64,000 nucleotides of DNA, taken from the NCBI RefSeq assembly GCF_000485595.1, contig NW_014577079.1, positions 471,478 to 535,477 on the forward strand, in the 5' to 3' direction. The translations under genes were made by a program, and so were the position numbers. The notes beneath the pieces were generated by a model. That model ran no database searches and was not told the origin of the DNA. It saw only the letters and a program-made list of their open reading frames with translations. Position 1 is the stretch's first letter. Every line of letters begins with the position of its first letter. Positions 39,759 to 54,566 of this stretch are shown piece after piece. This DNA comes from Priapulus caudatus (taxonomy: Eukaryota).

Positions 39759-41644
39759 TCAGACAGTAATCACCACTGTAATGTGGGGGGGGGGAAGGAG
39801 TGAAGGTGGGGGGTGTAAAGGATGTTGTCGACACTGGTAGTGATAAACGAAGGCGTCGTTTATAATATCAAGAGTCCATAGTAGAACGTTTTCTATTATG
39901 GACTCTTGATAATATATGCAGGTCATAATATAGATATGTTGTATTATGGAACTGTGGTTTCGCAGCACTTCAGTAAGTACTGTAGTCGGTATAGGGCAAT
40001 GAGACGCCAACGTCACGAGGTCAGTACTGTGGCATGTATTAGCACTATAGGGTGCACACTGGGTTGCAGAATTCGGCTTCAACCGTAAGTGACGTTATCA
40101 CGGCCACGGCGTTATAACTGCCTGGGTTTTAAGGTCACCGTTCAAGGCAAAGCTAGGTCGATGGCATTACAATTTAGGTCAAGGCCATTCCCTTGACACC
40201 AACCTTTGGCTCACGATGTCAGGCTCCAAGAATTATTTCACATATAATATATAACTTTCCAAAAAGCATTGCGTGGATTTTTAATAGGTCAAGGCCATTA
40301 CAGACCTTAAAATATGCAATTTCAGTGCATAATTTTATAGATTTCAAGCGCTGTAGAATTTCTGTGTCAAGGTCATCATAACTATACGATTTTAATCACA
40401 CATACGCATAAGGTTTTCTATAAAGACAATCCAGTGAGGTTCAGAGAATTATACTTTTCACCCAAATCATGCGATAATAATTATAATGCATAAAATACTG
40501 CCGTATTTACTCGTGTAAGCGTGCGTCACGCGTACGGCTGTATCTCTACGCATGAACGCCTGAAATGGAAAGGCAAGTGCGTCTGTAGAGATTGCAGTCT
40601 GGTACAGCCAATCTCAAGACTACTCGACAAAGAGGCAAGTTTGTGCGAAACTCATCATATTCGGATCTTTTCACGACGACTCAATGGCATCAATAACGCT
40701 ACAGTCCATCTAGATTCTAGATTCTAGACTCTAGAGAGTCACCATTCCGCCAATATTTCAGCTAAACATGAAACACAATGCCTTATCAGCCGAGTCCGGC
40801 CTATTGATTCGTTGCTAGCACGGAATTTCACTCCCGACGATGCTGGAAAAAGCTGCGATCCTAGAACTAGGCAACAAATCACGGGCGACCAGCGAATTAC
40901 AAGCAAACGTCAAATAACTGGCAACGGCGAATTTCTCACGTGCGATCGAGTGCAACTGCAATTACGCAACGCTTAACATTAACTTCATATTTCAGGTAGC
41001 ACGGTTCGTGCGCGCTAATGCTTGTAATTAGTGCATAATGCATATCGCTAGCGAATTCCACTCGATTCCCAAGATTTCATACGTAAAATGTGGGCTAGTT
41101 TAGAAGAAAGGTTTTGTTAACACATTTCTCAAGTTGAATATATAACAAATTCCCAAGCCAACATTTTTCGATACAGGCACGATGATACATAAGCATATAT
41201 GCTCCATTTTCTGCGTTTAGAAATCACGTAAAAAGGTTGTTAAGAATGAAAAACGACAACAAAAACAATAAAGCGGTGTAGTTAGTATAAACGAAAATGT
41301 AATGTTTGTAACGATTTGTGCACAATTAAATGTACACTACCATCCATGCACAGGAAAGCACAATGCGCACATGCTGATTGCTGTCCACATACGAAACCCA
41401 CCTTTGTAGGCGAGATAATAACGGTGCGACGGGATGACAAAACCCCCTATTCAGTGACAGAAACTCACTTCGGGCCGAGTAACTGCATCTTAGTTTTCAG
41501 TCCCGTACGTTACAACGATCTGGAGGTAGCACTAGCAATAATCTAAACAAAGATTCGGAGATAGAATTACAACGTTTAAATTGCTATAAATGACATGAAT
41601 TTAACGACTCTCTCTCTCTCTCTCGTTCTCTTTGTGTGTGTGTG

Positions 41645-41676
<32 letters not shown>

Positions 41677-42893
41677 GCTCTTGGCCGCTTTCCTTCCCCT
41701 GTCTCACTCCGCCTGTCTCCCCTCCCTATTCCCCAGCACATCTTGCTCCTTTCCCTCTATCCCTATCCTCCCACCTGCCTTCTCTTTTCCCTCCCCCTCT
41801 CTCTCTCTGTGTGTAATTTTCACCTTCATTTTTATGTGGAAGAGTTACGAGTACAGCCAGACCTCATTCAATTGCCTGTTTTTCATGCTGCGTATCGAAC
41901 ACACGTACCAGTCAGATGTTTCACAATAAAGTCGGCCCAATCGATCAGAAATGCACTGTGCCACGCAGCGAGACAGAGAGATGAAGCTGACAGTCATTTA
42001 TTCTATTCACTGTCGTCTGCGCAGGGAAAGAGAGAGAATGAGGCTAGAGTCAGAGAAAGAGAGACAGAGAGAGAAAGAGATAGAGAAAGAGAAAGAGAAA
42101 GAGAAAAAGACACACCCACACACCCACGCGCGCGCGCGCGCGCACACACACACACACGCACACACGCGCACACACGCGCACACACGCGCACACACACGCA
42201 CGCGCACACGCACGCACGCACGCACGCAGTAAGAGAAGGAGGAGGGAGTCAAAGCCCCTATCTTGTTGCTGCACACTCGCACACATTCAGTGAAAGTTTA
42301 CTTTCCTGGTGTCTCATGCAACCACCGATAACTTTCTTGGATCACATCGCGATTAAGCACAAGAATGGAAACGCCCATTATCATAATCACATGCCGATCT
42401 CAACGGAGGCGCCGCGTGTACACACCCAACTGCCTATTCAAAAATGGCAATTTCTTTTAATTACTGCTCAGACGCACTAGCGTAGATAAACACGATAATT
42501 AGACCGTACACAAGTTTCACGCAGGCAATTAAATAGTTGTAATTATTATATTAACATTTTCCAGTTAACGTATTGTGCAGAAGAATGTGTTGCCACTGAC
42601 GGCTCAATTAAACTACCCTCTGCATGTCAAGATTGACTACATTGCAAACTTTACAAAAAACGACGGTAGCTCTACACAAGCTATCGAAGTATTATTCAGC
42701 GAATTTCATACATCCACTAATGAGTTAATTGCGCCATACGTATTTATATGCGCGCGTGGAATGCAGTTGACGGTTCCACGTGACAGCGCAGCGAGGCAGA
42801 GCATCACTTCAAATGACACAATGAAATCCCTGAAGCACTTTTACCTGGCACAGCAATAACACATGCAGCATCTAGGCATAGCAACACACAGAC

Positions 42894-42894
<1 letters not shown>

Positions 42895-42957
<63 letters not shown>

Positions 42958-45900
42958 GATAAACCATTTCTCTTCTAGCACAACATCATCAACAACGTCT
43001 TATACGGCCGAGAGCGAGTTACTCATTGATTTGCTCCTCCGTTATAGCATAACGCACTATTTAACGACCCATACATCTGAGATAACTCTTCTAATACGGT
43101 CATTCCACCGCATAGCACATTAGGCTAGAACGACTTACAGATGTAGAAAATCCATGCTCGGTTATGGAAATGCGTTTGGGCAGTGGTAGATGATCTTTAC
43201 GAGAGCACTTCTAATATGCAAAAAATACAGAAACATAGCAGCAGAGCACAGCAGCAGAAGCACCAACGAAAATGAGTATCTGTACGCGCGTTAAACCATT
43301 ATTGTGAACATTATAATTCAAGCAATAGCTTTACAGACAAGACCAAATTTATGCGTTTGAAATAGCTTATTGCATTTTACTCGGCGTAAATGCTGAAGTG
43401 AACATAACTGCTCTCACTTCAATCATAAGTCTAACTTATCATATGAATATACATATTTTTACGCTGGACAAGTGAATAGCAATTGAATCAATAGTAGGAA
43501 TGATTCACTGTAGCATAGAGCACATGGTCCCTAACTAATTTGCATACTATGTCGCACAAACAGAACCATGCGACCAGCAAAACCGGCAGCAGTAGGTGCA
43601 CGACGTATACCCACGACTGCCGTGGCATTAACTTTCGGGCACGGCACACACAAGGACTATTCAGAATTAGAAAAGCTCTCCCCAATCACCCAGTTTCATA
43701 ATCCTTTGGGCTGTCGCATATAATGACGATAGCTAGGGCCCTTTTCTAATGTATGTCCCTCCTCAACTCGATGTGAACGGCTATTTAACATTAGTACGGC
43801 CTCATGCAGTTTGTTTCTCCGAAATCGCCAATGCAGGCTGTTCCATAAAGTATATCTGCCCAGCAGATACCCGCGGTAAAAGGATCCTTATAAAATCTTG
43901 AAAGCTAAAAGCGCACTAGCTATAAATCTCAGCAAAGCGAACCATCTAAGAACCACAACTTAAATACAAGGCCGCTTACATACAGCTCGTCCGCCGGCTT
44001 GCCCGAAATGAATTTCTGCAGCGGTCTATGCGTCGTAACCAATTTTGATCGGCGCCGCCCTTACAGAGACACGAGCGCCGCTTCTTACAGAAGAAGCGAG
44101 CGTTCAAGATCGACTACACCCCGAATGCAGCGGCAAAACGTGGACAAATTACAGATGTTAAATGGCCCGCTTCTCTATATCAGATCAGCGCGCTGCTGCT
44201 AACTGTTGTCTGATGCTGCGCTGCCTGACGTACACTAGCTACTACAGTACAAAACGACCCAGCGTGATCACAGCAACATAGATTTTTATAAGAATCATGT
44301 TAGGCTACCACAATTCCCCATTTGAGACCCCTTTAACATAAAACCCTGTTTTAGGTCTAACGATTTTTAAAGTAAGCGTTCTAATTTTCCCGCAAGTGGC
44401 AGAATGAGACCTTTAAAAAAAGAAACCACACGTAATAATAAAAAAGACAGAGCTCCAGCAATAATCGATGCAATAACCAAGTGCCCAATGGGCCAATTGC
44501 CAGCCAATAAAACACTTGGCCAGCAGCCACTGCATTGTTATGAGACACCAGAACTGCATTATTTACATCATATCAGTTAAAAAACCCCGCATAAAAGAAA
44601 CAACCGTACGATTAAGAACACTCAAGGCCCTGAAATGTCAGCTCATAAAAATTGCATTATTCATTTAAGAACGACAATGTTCACGGCCTGAACAAAAATA
44701 AACATTTGTTCTTCATACTGAAAACAAAATTGGTACATCTTCAGGCAACTGTTCTTTAGAACTGCCTAAACAAATGGTAATGGTGTTACGCGACTGTAAG
44801 CATGAATTCGTACAGTATTGTGTTATTGAACATCTCAACCATAAAAAAACAACATACCATGCAACAACTAACTCTCCCATATACAGCAAACCTTACCACA
44901 TGAACACTACTGTACTCGGTAACAGCATGCATCACAGGTCCACTAAGCCAGCGCAGAGCGCGGTTTCAGCTAGTACATATTAAAAGTTAGAAAGCAATTA
45001 AGAACCTATTTAAGAACCTATTTGAGCCTTAATTTTTTCAGTAAGCCACGGCCGAATTTAATAAGAACACGGTTGAGGCGCTAAACTGGAAAAATCTATT
45101 TCTTCATACCGCGTGTTTTTACTGTACTCACAGTGCCTCATCAGCCAGAAGTGCTTAGCACATGTCCGACCTTCCCACCCAGGACTTTATCCACGCTTGG
45201 GTCCACTGAATCAAGCCTGCTAAAATTACCCGTACTCCGCCGCTTTCCGCGTGCAAGTGTATAGGAGGCAAATTGATAAAATGCGCAGGTACATAAAACT
45301 CATGCAGAAGTTCGACACACCGAAATGGAATACCCTACCTATACTATATATATACGTATATATATATACTATTATACTAATTATAATATATATAGTATGC
45401 AGTGAGCTTGAATGCCGACTATCTATTCGCACTAGGGGCAGCTTTAAAAACAAGACCCGAACACTCCGTGAAAAATATATGTCTCGCTGCAGCGGCAAGG
45501 CATATATTTACAGAGGGCCATGTCTCGTGTGGAAGCCAACAATACACGCACGCAGCAGGCACGGCCGCCCGGGCGATGCACGTCGCACGGAACGAGCCCA
45601 CACATCAGAGGCGACTGGAAGAAGACAGCATGTAGTGTACACACACCGCCACCACAGCACGCACGCACGCAGCAGCGACGCAACGTGCACGCACACAAGC
45701 ATTATTTAAAAATCGGTAAATGTCTAGCACTGGCGCAAATTCCTCCACGAAAGAAAGCGCCCACCGTATTAATCGATAACTTGTCAGTGGTTATTTATAG
45801 ATAGCTGTGTAAAACACACGCGTATAGTTGCAAGTGGCGGCGCTCGCATATATAAGTAGCAGAATTTGCTATACGCGCGCTGCGAACGCGCTGATCACCT

Positions 45901-46590
45901 AATAGCTATGCAAAACGAAGCGGCGTGGTGGGTGCTGTAAAGCGATTCCGGCCGCGAACAATTTTGGGACATGCTTAGCTACCGTTGTTTTTAAATACAC
46001 AAATTCTTACAATGCCAGCCAATTTTGCTTGTTATATACTCCAATTCGCGCAATTACAACAACAGTAACCCATTTATCCAACACTTCTAAATTATGGTCC
46101 TCGCCAGGGGATGCGAACTTAGTCTTCCCATAGCATGGCATGGACAAACAGACGACGCACGTATATGACATCCGCCTAACCAAGCCCCCCCGCACGCGCA
46201 CAAGCACGCACACATCACGAACCAGCACAGAATCCAGAAATCACGCCCAGGCGTACACCGTACGCTGGTGACCACCAATACATGCCACAACACAGGCCCC
46301 CTGCTATTCCATTAGCATTCACCCTAATATATACGACTGTGCGCGCTTTTCAATGAACCGCAGTCCTCTGATGTTCTAAACAGCGAGCGGCCGTCTAGTC
46401 CGCAATAGGCACAGGACGGAAAATCGCCGTAAAAAACGACAAAAAACCAATCTACTGTCTGGCATTTAGCTGCTACTTTCAAAAACACAGCCGACCAAGA
46501 CCTATAAGGCGTATAAAAAATTCCGTCTGGCATCTAGATTTGGCCACTAAGTTAAGCCGACCACGTTTGCCTTCACTGCCCCGATCAGCA
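42895..46590 (+). repeat. Indel-rich direct duplicate of 46640-49066, with an extra MITE
   Basis: Colinear with the following block (42950 vs 46690, 46500 vs 48990). The copies are separated by a 10-N gap. Confidence 0.9.
44245..45124. mobile_element. Second, error-rich copy of the 24248-25134 MITE
   Basis: TA|CAGTAC... and ...TTTTTACTG|TA ends. Internal sequence is colinear with the first copy, including the Helitron-type GTTTCAGCTAGT end near 44965. Confidence 0.85.
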
Positions 46591-46630
46591 NNNNNNNNNN
46601 AGATAGCGACAGTGAGGGAGAGAGAGAGAA

Positions 46631-46693
<63 letters not shown>

Positions 46694-48709
46694 CTGATAA
46701 ACCATTCTTTTCTACACACATCATCACAACCTTATACCGAGAGCGAGTTACTCATTGATTTGCTCTCCGTTATACATAACCACTTTAACGACCATACATC
46801 TAGATAACTCTTCTACGGTCATTCACGCAAGCAGCATGTGGTCCACGAACCTTCAGATGTAGAAAATCTGCTCGGTTATGAATGCGTTTGCAGTGGTAGA
46901 TGATCTTTACGACACTTCTAATATCAAAATACAGAAACATACAGCAGAGCACAGCAGCAGAAGCACAACAGAAATGAATATCTGTACCCGTAACCATATT
47001 GGTGAACATTATAATTCAAGCAATAGCTTTACAAAGACAAATTATGCGTTTAATACTTATTGCATTTACTGGCGTAAATGGCTGAAGTGAACATAACTGT
47101 CATCATTCAAATAACAACTTATCATATGAATATACATATTTTATCGCCTGGACAAGTGAATACAATTGAAGTCAATAGTATAGATTTCTGTTACATAAGA
47201 AATGGTCCTAACTAATTTGCATACTATCCACAAACGAACTCATGCGACAGCAACCGCGCAGTAGGTGCACGATGCTATTCCACATGCCGTGGCATTACTC
47301 TGCACGCACACACAAGGACTATCAGAATTAGAAACTCTCCAATCACCCAATTTCATAATTTGCTTCGCATACGATAGCTAGCCTTTTCTAATGATGTCCT
47401 CTAACCGATTGTGAACGCTTGTTACATTGTAGCCAGTTTGTTTTCCGAAATCGCATGCGCTTTCCATAAATAATCTCAGCAGTATACACGCGGTAAAAGG
47501 ATCTTAAAAACCTGAACTAAACGCACGCTATAATCTCAGCAAACCCATTAAAACACACTTAAATACAAGCCGCTTAAATACAGCTCGCCCGCTTGCCGAA
47601 TGAATTTCTGCACCGGTCTATGCGTGTACCAATTTTACCCCCTTACAGAGAACGAGCCGTTCTTTTACAGAGAACGAGCCGTTCAACGACTAGCACGAAT
47701 GCACGTCAAACGTGGACAATTACAATGGCCCTCTCTTATGGACAATTATGGCCCTCTCTTATCAGATAGCGCTGCTGCTGCTGCTACTGTTGTTGCTGCT
47801 GCTGCTGCGTACACTAGCTACTACTCACAGCTGCCTCATCAGCAGAAGTGCTTTAGCACATGTCCGCTTTCCCACCAGGCTTTATCCAGCCTTGGGCACT
47901 GATCAAGCTGCTAAATTACCTACTCCGCCGCTTTCCGTCAGTGTATAGGAGGCAATTGATAAAATGGCAGGTACATAACTCATCAGAAGTTCACACCAAA
48001 TGGATACGCTATATTATATATACTAGCAGAAAGTATACCCGTAGAACCAGCAAATGTTGTCTTTATTTTTAAAATAAAAACTCCATGTNNNNNNNNNNNN
48101 NNNNTATATATGGCAGTGAGTTGAATCGCTACTATCGCTAGCAGGTAGACGAACACTCGTAAATATATGCTGCTGCAGCGGCAGGCATATATTTACAGAG
48201 CCATGTCTCGTGTGGAAGCCACACATACACGCACGCACGCACGCACGCACATACATTATTTAAAAAATCGTAAATGCCTACACTGCGGCAATTTCTCTCC
48301 CACGAAAGAAAGCGGCCACGTACGCGTATTATCGATAACTTGGTCAGTGGTTATTTATAGATAGCAGTGTAAACACACGTGGTTAGTTCAATGGCGGCGC
48401 TCGGCATATATAGTAAGAATTGCTATAGCGCTCGAACCGCTGCATTAATAGCTATCAGCTATGCAAAACGAAGGCGTGTGGGTCTGTAAAGATTCGGCGC
48501 GAAATTTGGGACTTTAGCTACGTTGTTTTTAAAATACACAATTTTAAATGCCAGCGAATTTTTGCTGTTATATATTCAATTTCCCAATTACACACAGTAG
48601 CCATTTATCAAATTCTAATTATAGTCTCGCAGGGGATGCGACTTAGTCATACATGCATGGACAAACAGACGACGGCACGTATTATGACATCGCTAACGTA
48701 CCGCACGCG

Positions 48710-48754
<45 letters not shown>

Positions 48755-50454
48755 TCAGAAAATCACGCCACGTATACGTACCTGTGACCACCATATACAT
48801 CACAACATAGGCGCCCTGCTATTACATTTCCATTCACCTATATATACGACGTGTGCCCTTTTTCAATAACGCAGTCCTCTGGATGTTAAACAGAGGCCGT
48901 CCGTCCAATAGCAGACGAAAAATCCGTAAAAACGACAAAAAAATCATTACTCTGCATTTAGCTACTTTCAAAAACACAGCCGAAAGACTATTAGCGTATG
49001 AAAAAATCCGTCTGGATTTCTAGATTTGCACTATTAAGCGACCACTTTGCTTCACTCCCGATCAGACACGTTCTCTCCTGCCTAGGGCACACGCACACGC
49101 GCACACACATGCACGCGCGCGCGCGAACGCACAAGCGCGCACGCACGCACGTACACACACACACAGACACACACAAAGGGCATTTGCCAAAGGCCGTGTA
49201 ATTCATGAGAGGACAGTTTGGCTGGAGCGTAAATTGGATGATGTGGATATACTGTATGCCGGCTGATGAGCAATAACTTGGCACCGATGACATTAGAGCA
49301 GGATTTATGGAACTGCGCAGCCATCGCTGCTAGCTAGGACAAGTACATTACCCCGTACAGCACGTCTATAGAAGGGACCATGATACCACAGATACACACA
49401 CACACACACCTCTTCCCAATACTACTAGTCTGCACACACGATTCTATGATTAATTATGTACAATTATACAGACTTCACCGGAGCAAGGTTAAAGTATAGT
49501 CGAAACTACCGACCATGAATTAAATACCCGATCATTACGAAATTAACTTCTGTATATTATATGTAACTGTAGCATTCATTGGAATCGCTATGCTACACGA
49601 AAGGAACCAGAAGGACAAAGCACAGCACCGGACGCGCTAAACTGACACATCGACTCATAGAAGAAGAAACCTACCCGCCTGTCCTCAGTCTCAGAAGAAT
49701 TTCGCAAAGAACTCGAAGCGGCGAAACACGCAGCGAGCACAGCCGCATCGCACCAAGAGTCGATTAATAACGGTTAAAATATATAATAAATTAATTATTA
49801 ACGGGACCCTTGTTGATCACAACGTACAGAAGGCCATCCTCGCGGATTCTCCCCAACATGCGGCTTTCCCCGACACAGAAGCGAGTGAAAGACGAGCCAT
49901 ATACGCGCAACTATAAAGAAGCGATTATCCACGACGCAGTACCTACAACGCAGCAATGACCAAACATCAGAGGCTTGTCAGAGAGACGCGGCAAGGTAGT
50001 TTTGAAGCTGCGAGTGGACCGCCTCTTATTAAGCTGCCCATTATGAGCATTACCGGGTTTCGCGGCGCGGTTTGCACAAGACAGAAGCAGCTGCCATTTT
50101 TCGCGAACAACTATCTCTCCCGTACACTGCCCATTATGAACGAATCACCGCGTGTTATGACCAGCAAACAGACTTCACACAACAAGGGATGGTAACGATA
50201 AGATCGTCAACACCACAGCAAAACAGCAGTGTTACCGTTGATGTTTACGTGAGCGCGCGCGCAAGCGCAAAGCCCAGAGCACCAACGCTACAATCTACGC
50301 ATAAACATTATTGTTTTTCCTCTATACTCGCTCCGACGAGTTGTTAGGGTGGAAATAGATTATTCAGTGACATTCAATTCTACGCACGGCTCTCGCCCAA
50401 GCCCCACACGACACACGAGTGCAATGGTCACACGCCACGTGTGTGTCAGGAAAA

Positions 50455-50706
50455 CAAACGCACGCGCGCGCGAACACACACACACACACGCGCACACGCA
50501 CACACACGCACGCACACACACACGCATGCAAACGCACGCACGCACGCACGCACGCGCGCGCGAACACACACACACACGCGCACACGCACACGCACACACA
50601 CGCACGCACGCACGCACGCACACACACGCACGCACACACACACACGCACGCACACGCACGCGCGAACACACACGCACACACACGCACGCACGCACGCACG
50701 CACGCA
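50455..50706. repeat. Compound (CA)n/(CACG)n microsatellite, representative of many CA, GA, CACG, CAG, TTG and AATTCC tracts in the window
   Basis: Direct reading. Similar tracts near 2170, 4824, 8787, 12325, 13182, 18658, 22793, 27690, 37312, 53455, 54495 and 59090. Confidence 0.95.
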
Positions 50707-52380
50707 TAGCACATTAGGCACGTTTTGCAACGATTTGGCCGCCGCTCGGCTCGGCGTGTTTTAGCTGCTTCTTTGCGTTTAGATGGTTTCTTTGTCGCAG
50801 CATCCGCGCGGACGCTCGCTGTACATGGAAACGTGGTAGGTGCGCGCATAATCACCGGACAAAAGCGGGAGCTATAAGGCCGAGAACAATAGCATTTGAA
50901 TGTTTAATAGCATCATGGCGAGCGCGAGCGGAAAGCTGATATAGTACTGCGACCTGCTACTACTATGCGGCCGGCTTTCTCTCTCTCACGCGCGCGTGGC
51001 GGGTTCAGCAGCTAGTAGCAGCAGCTGATGCAGCTTTCCAAATGCTGATAACGGGGCAAGCTCGTTAAACCGAGCAGGTAATTAGTGAAATTAAAGGCAG
51101 ACAGATGGTGTAGTCATAGTCGGCCAGTCAGTCTACCAGAAGCTGCACGGACTGTATATATAAGCTACAGTTGCTCACATATATCCCCAAGATGAGTCCG
51201 TGCACACATAAATAAGTAATTAATTTCTTTGCTCAGGGTGGTTGTTATTGAATAGTAAGACTTTGAAGGTCTTTCTTTCGCATTAATAAATTACCGCCTT
51301 TGTTATCTAAAGCTGCGACATTTTACTGGCGCTTTCATCCGTTTCGAATAAACAGCTGAATAAATTAAAACGAATAACCCCTCCAGGAATCCATTAGGTG
51401 CTAAGATTTTATCTAGAATAGGTTTTTTGCAAATCGATCAGAAAGCGGTATAGTTAATACTTGACACATAACAATTAATAATGCCACGGTAATAGCTTCA
51501 GAATTGCAGCTGCGAACTCTAATACAAACAGTATACAGGTGGTTTTCCATCATTGGCACTAGTAAGGTCTTCTTACCCATCAAACTATCTAGAAACGCAG
51601 TAGGACACGCAGTAGCACCATGAACATATCTATACTACCGTATACAACAATGAATATCACCATCACCATCACCACCACCATCACAGCACCATCACCATCA
51701 CCACAATCACAGCACCATCACCATCACCACAATCACAGCACCATCACCATCACCACTATCAGCATCATTATCAACATCATCATCATCATCGTCCCCTTCT
51801 TCGTTGTTGTTGTCATAATCATCAAATGACAGTACTAGTGATAGCATAGCACACATCAGTAGCAGAAGAACAAGTACTAATACTACTCGAACACGAAGAA
51901 ACACCGAGTAGTAGAGGAACAAACAGTAGTATTAGTAGAACAAGTAGCAGCTAGCCCAGTAGCCGTAAGCGAACTTACGCGCACAAACACATTAAGTGCC
52001 CCCCGATCCGCGCCATTATCAGCATAAACGCAATTACATTTGTCCGCTGATCCGACTCGCCCTCGTGCATCTGTTCACTACCATCCTCGGCAACAATCAA
52101 CATGCGCGCGGGGAGCTCTGACACGACTACCGTGTATAACCTCATTAACATCGGAGCGAGGTCCACAACAAGGAGAAGCCAATCGCCGCCACCAGCTAGC
52201 ACGTCGTGCGCGTACAATGACACCGATATCTCTTCGTGATTATCATCGCCCAGCTTCGTCGTGTCTTTGTCTGCGACTATACTGAGCACATGAGTGCGGA
52301 GCAGATATGAGAGAGAGAGAGAGAGATGCTGGTGTATCGGTTTTCAACGTCTTGACTCGTGAACGATATCACGACAGAAT

Positions 52381-52413
<33 letters not shown>

Positions 52414-53447
52414 GATTATATATATGTGTGATTAGATAAGTATGTAAGGTAGTGGGACCACGCCACGCACAGCACGCACGGCCGCCTTTAGCCCCGCACC
52501 ACGCACGCACGCCTGCACGCAACACACACACACCGACACACAGCGAGAGCGAGAGCGAGACGAGAGCGAGCGGCGAGCGCGAGAGCGCGAGCCGAGAGCG
52601 AGAGCGAGACGAGCGAGAGAGCAGAGAGAGAGAGAGAGAAATGAGAGGAGATACGCGACGTACGAAAGAACCAGATAACGACTCAAGTATAGCTGGCGTA
52701 AGTTGCAGCAGCTACGTCGTTCATTCAGCCAGTACTGCTACCTCGATCGCTGCATGGCGGTATAAAATGTTTTACCACGTGCGAGCGGTTTTGCCGACCG
52801 AGGCGTCGTCTCCTTGTCCGAGGACCGCACCCGCCACCGAGTGATCATAATCCCCACGATTTCATAACGCGAAGTTACGGAATTCCTTCACGCTCACGAA
52901 CACACCGTCAAAAGAATACAGCAAATCTGAAATTGTTAACCGACTATCGGCTACATACAGTTACCCATCACGTAAACCCGGCGTGAAAAAATTGGTACAG
53001 TTTGCTTGCATCAATCACGCACCTAAAGCCAACGAACCTCGGTGAGAACGTACACACAGCTCATCAACATAGACTGGCACTTCACCCAGTTCTCGGGAGA
53101 TTTCGCTAACACTGCTTAGGCGCTGATAAGAACGCGGCACGAGAACGCCGTCGGGGCAAACGCGATTAATTGCCTCACAGAGATGCGCTAGCCGTAGAAA
53201 TGTCAGCCCTATAGCGCAAAGAGACGTGAAGCTCAATTCCGCATCGTCTTCTACAGGCCTCCATCATTTAGTAAACACACCAGGTGCTGCTTACGGTGCG
53301 CTTAAATGCAGTCCGCCTAACAAGGCGTCAGTTGAGCCCCAGACGCGAAACATTGCTTCAACGTTTGCGAGTGGTTTAAACTTTTGTTACTTAATGAATG
53401 CACTCGAGTCGTAAACACGAAGATCGGAGAGCAGGACGCTTGCAAAT

Positions 53448-53490
<43 letters not shown>

Positions 53491-53543
53491 CGAGAGAAGA
53501 GAGCGAGAAGAGAGCGAGAGACGAGCGAGAGAGAGCGAGAGAG

Positions 53544-53580
<37 letters not shown>

Positions 53581-53661
53581 AGAAGAGAGAAGAGAGAGAG
53601 AGAGAGAGAGAGGAAGAGAGGAAAAGAGAGATGAGAAGAGAGAGAGAGAGAGAGGCGAGCG

Positions 53662-53700
<39 letters not shown>

Positions 53701-53730
53701 TTAGAGAGCGCGGGGAGGAGGAAAGAGAGC

Positions 53731-53764
<34 letters not shown>

Positions 53765-53855
53765 TAGAAGAGCGCGAGAGAGAGAGAGAGAGAGAGAGAG
53801 AACAGAGAGTAGATGCGATAGGGGAGCGGACAAGAGAGAGCGCGAGAGCGGAGAA

Positions 53856-53889
<34 letters not shown>

Positions 53890-54525
53890 TAATGAAAGCT
53901 GGAAAAGTAGAGATGCTGATGCAGGAAAATGAGACAGGTGGATGTTAAAAGGAATACAAGTAAAAACAATGATGCTGTAAGAGGATTCTGGAATAAGAGG
54001 ACGTCGGAAGAAATTGATGCCAGATTAAAAAAAGGGAATAAGATAAGATAATGCGGAAAAGAACAAAGGGAAAAGCGAGCCGGAAACAGAGAGGAGAAGA
54101 CAGGTAGGAGGATGCTGCTGAAAACAGCAAGCTCGAAGACAACTGTATAGAACGCAGATCATGCTGGATGAGGCACTAGCTGGGAGAATGACAGCGCAAC
54201 GATTTATACAACAGCTCCTCACGGTGAATATCGTCCTGCTATTGAATTCGGAGCACATCCTCCCTTAAGCCTCGCATTACAGCACGATGCATGATATCAA
54301 TGCACAGCTCATATTTGTGCGGGATTAGTTAGGGGAAAAATACTGTAATGGCGTACTTGTATAACGTAGCCTTGCGGCCGTTTCTAAAGAACGGGAGATT
54401 ATTAATTGCGAGCGACTTTCGAAATGGAAACATTCATTTGCACAAACCACGAAAAAAGCTGTTGCCGCAGCCGCCGCCGCCGTCGTATTTGTTATTGATG
54501 TTGTTGTTGTTGTTGTTGATGATGA

Positions 54526-54566
<41 letters not shown>

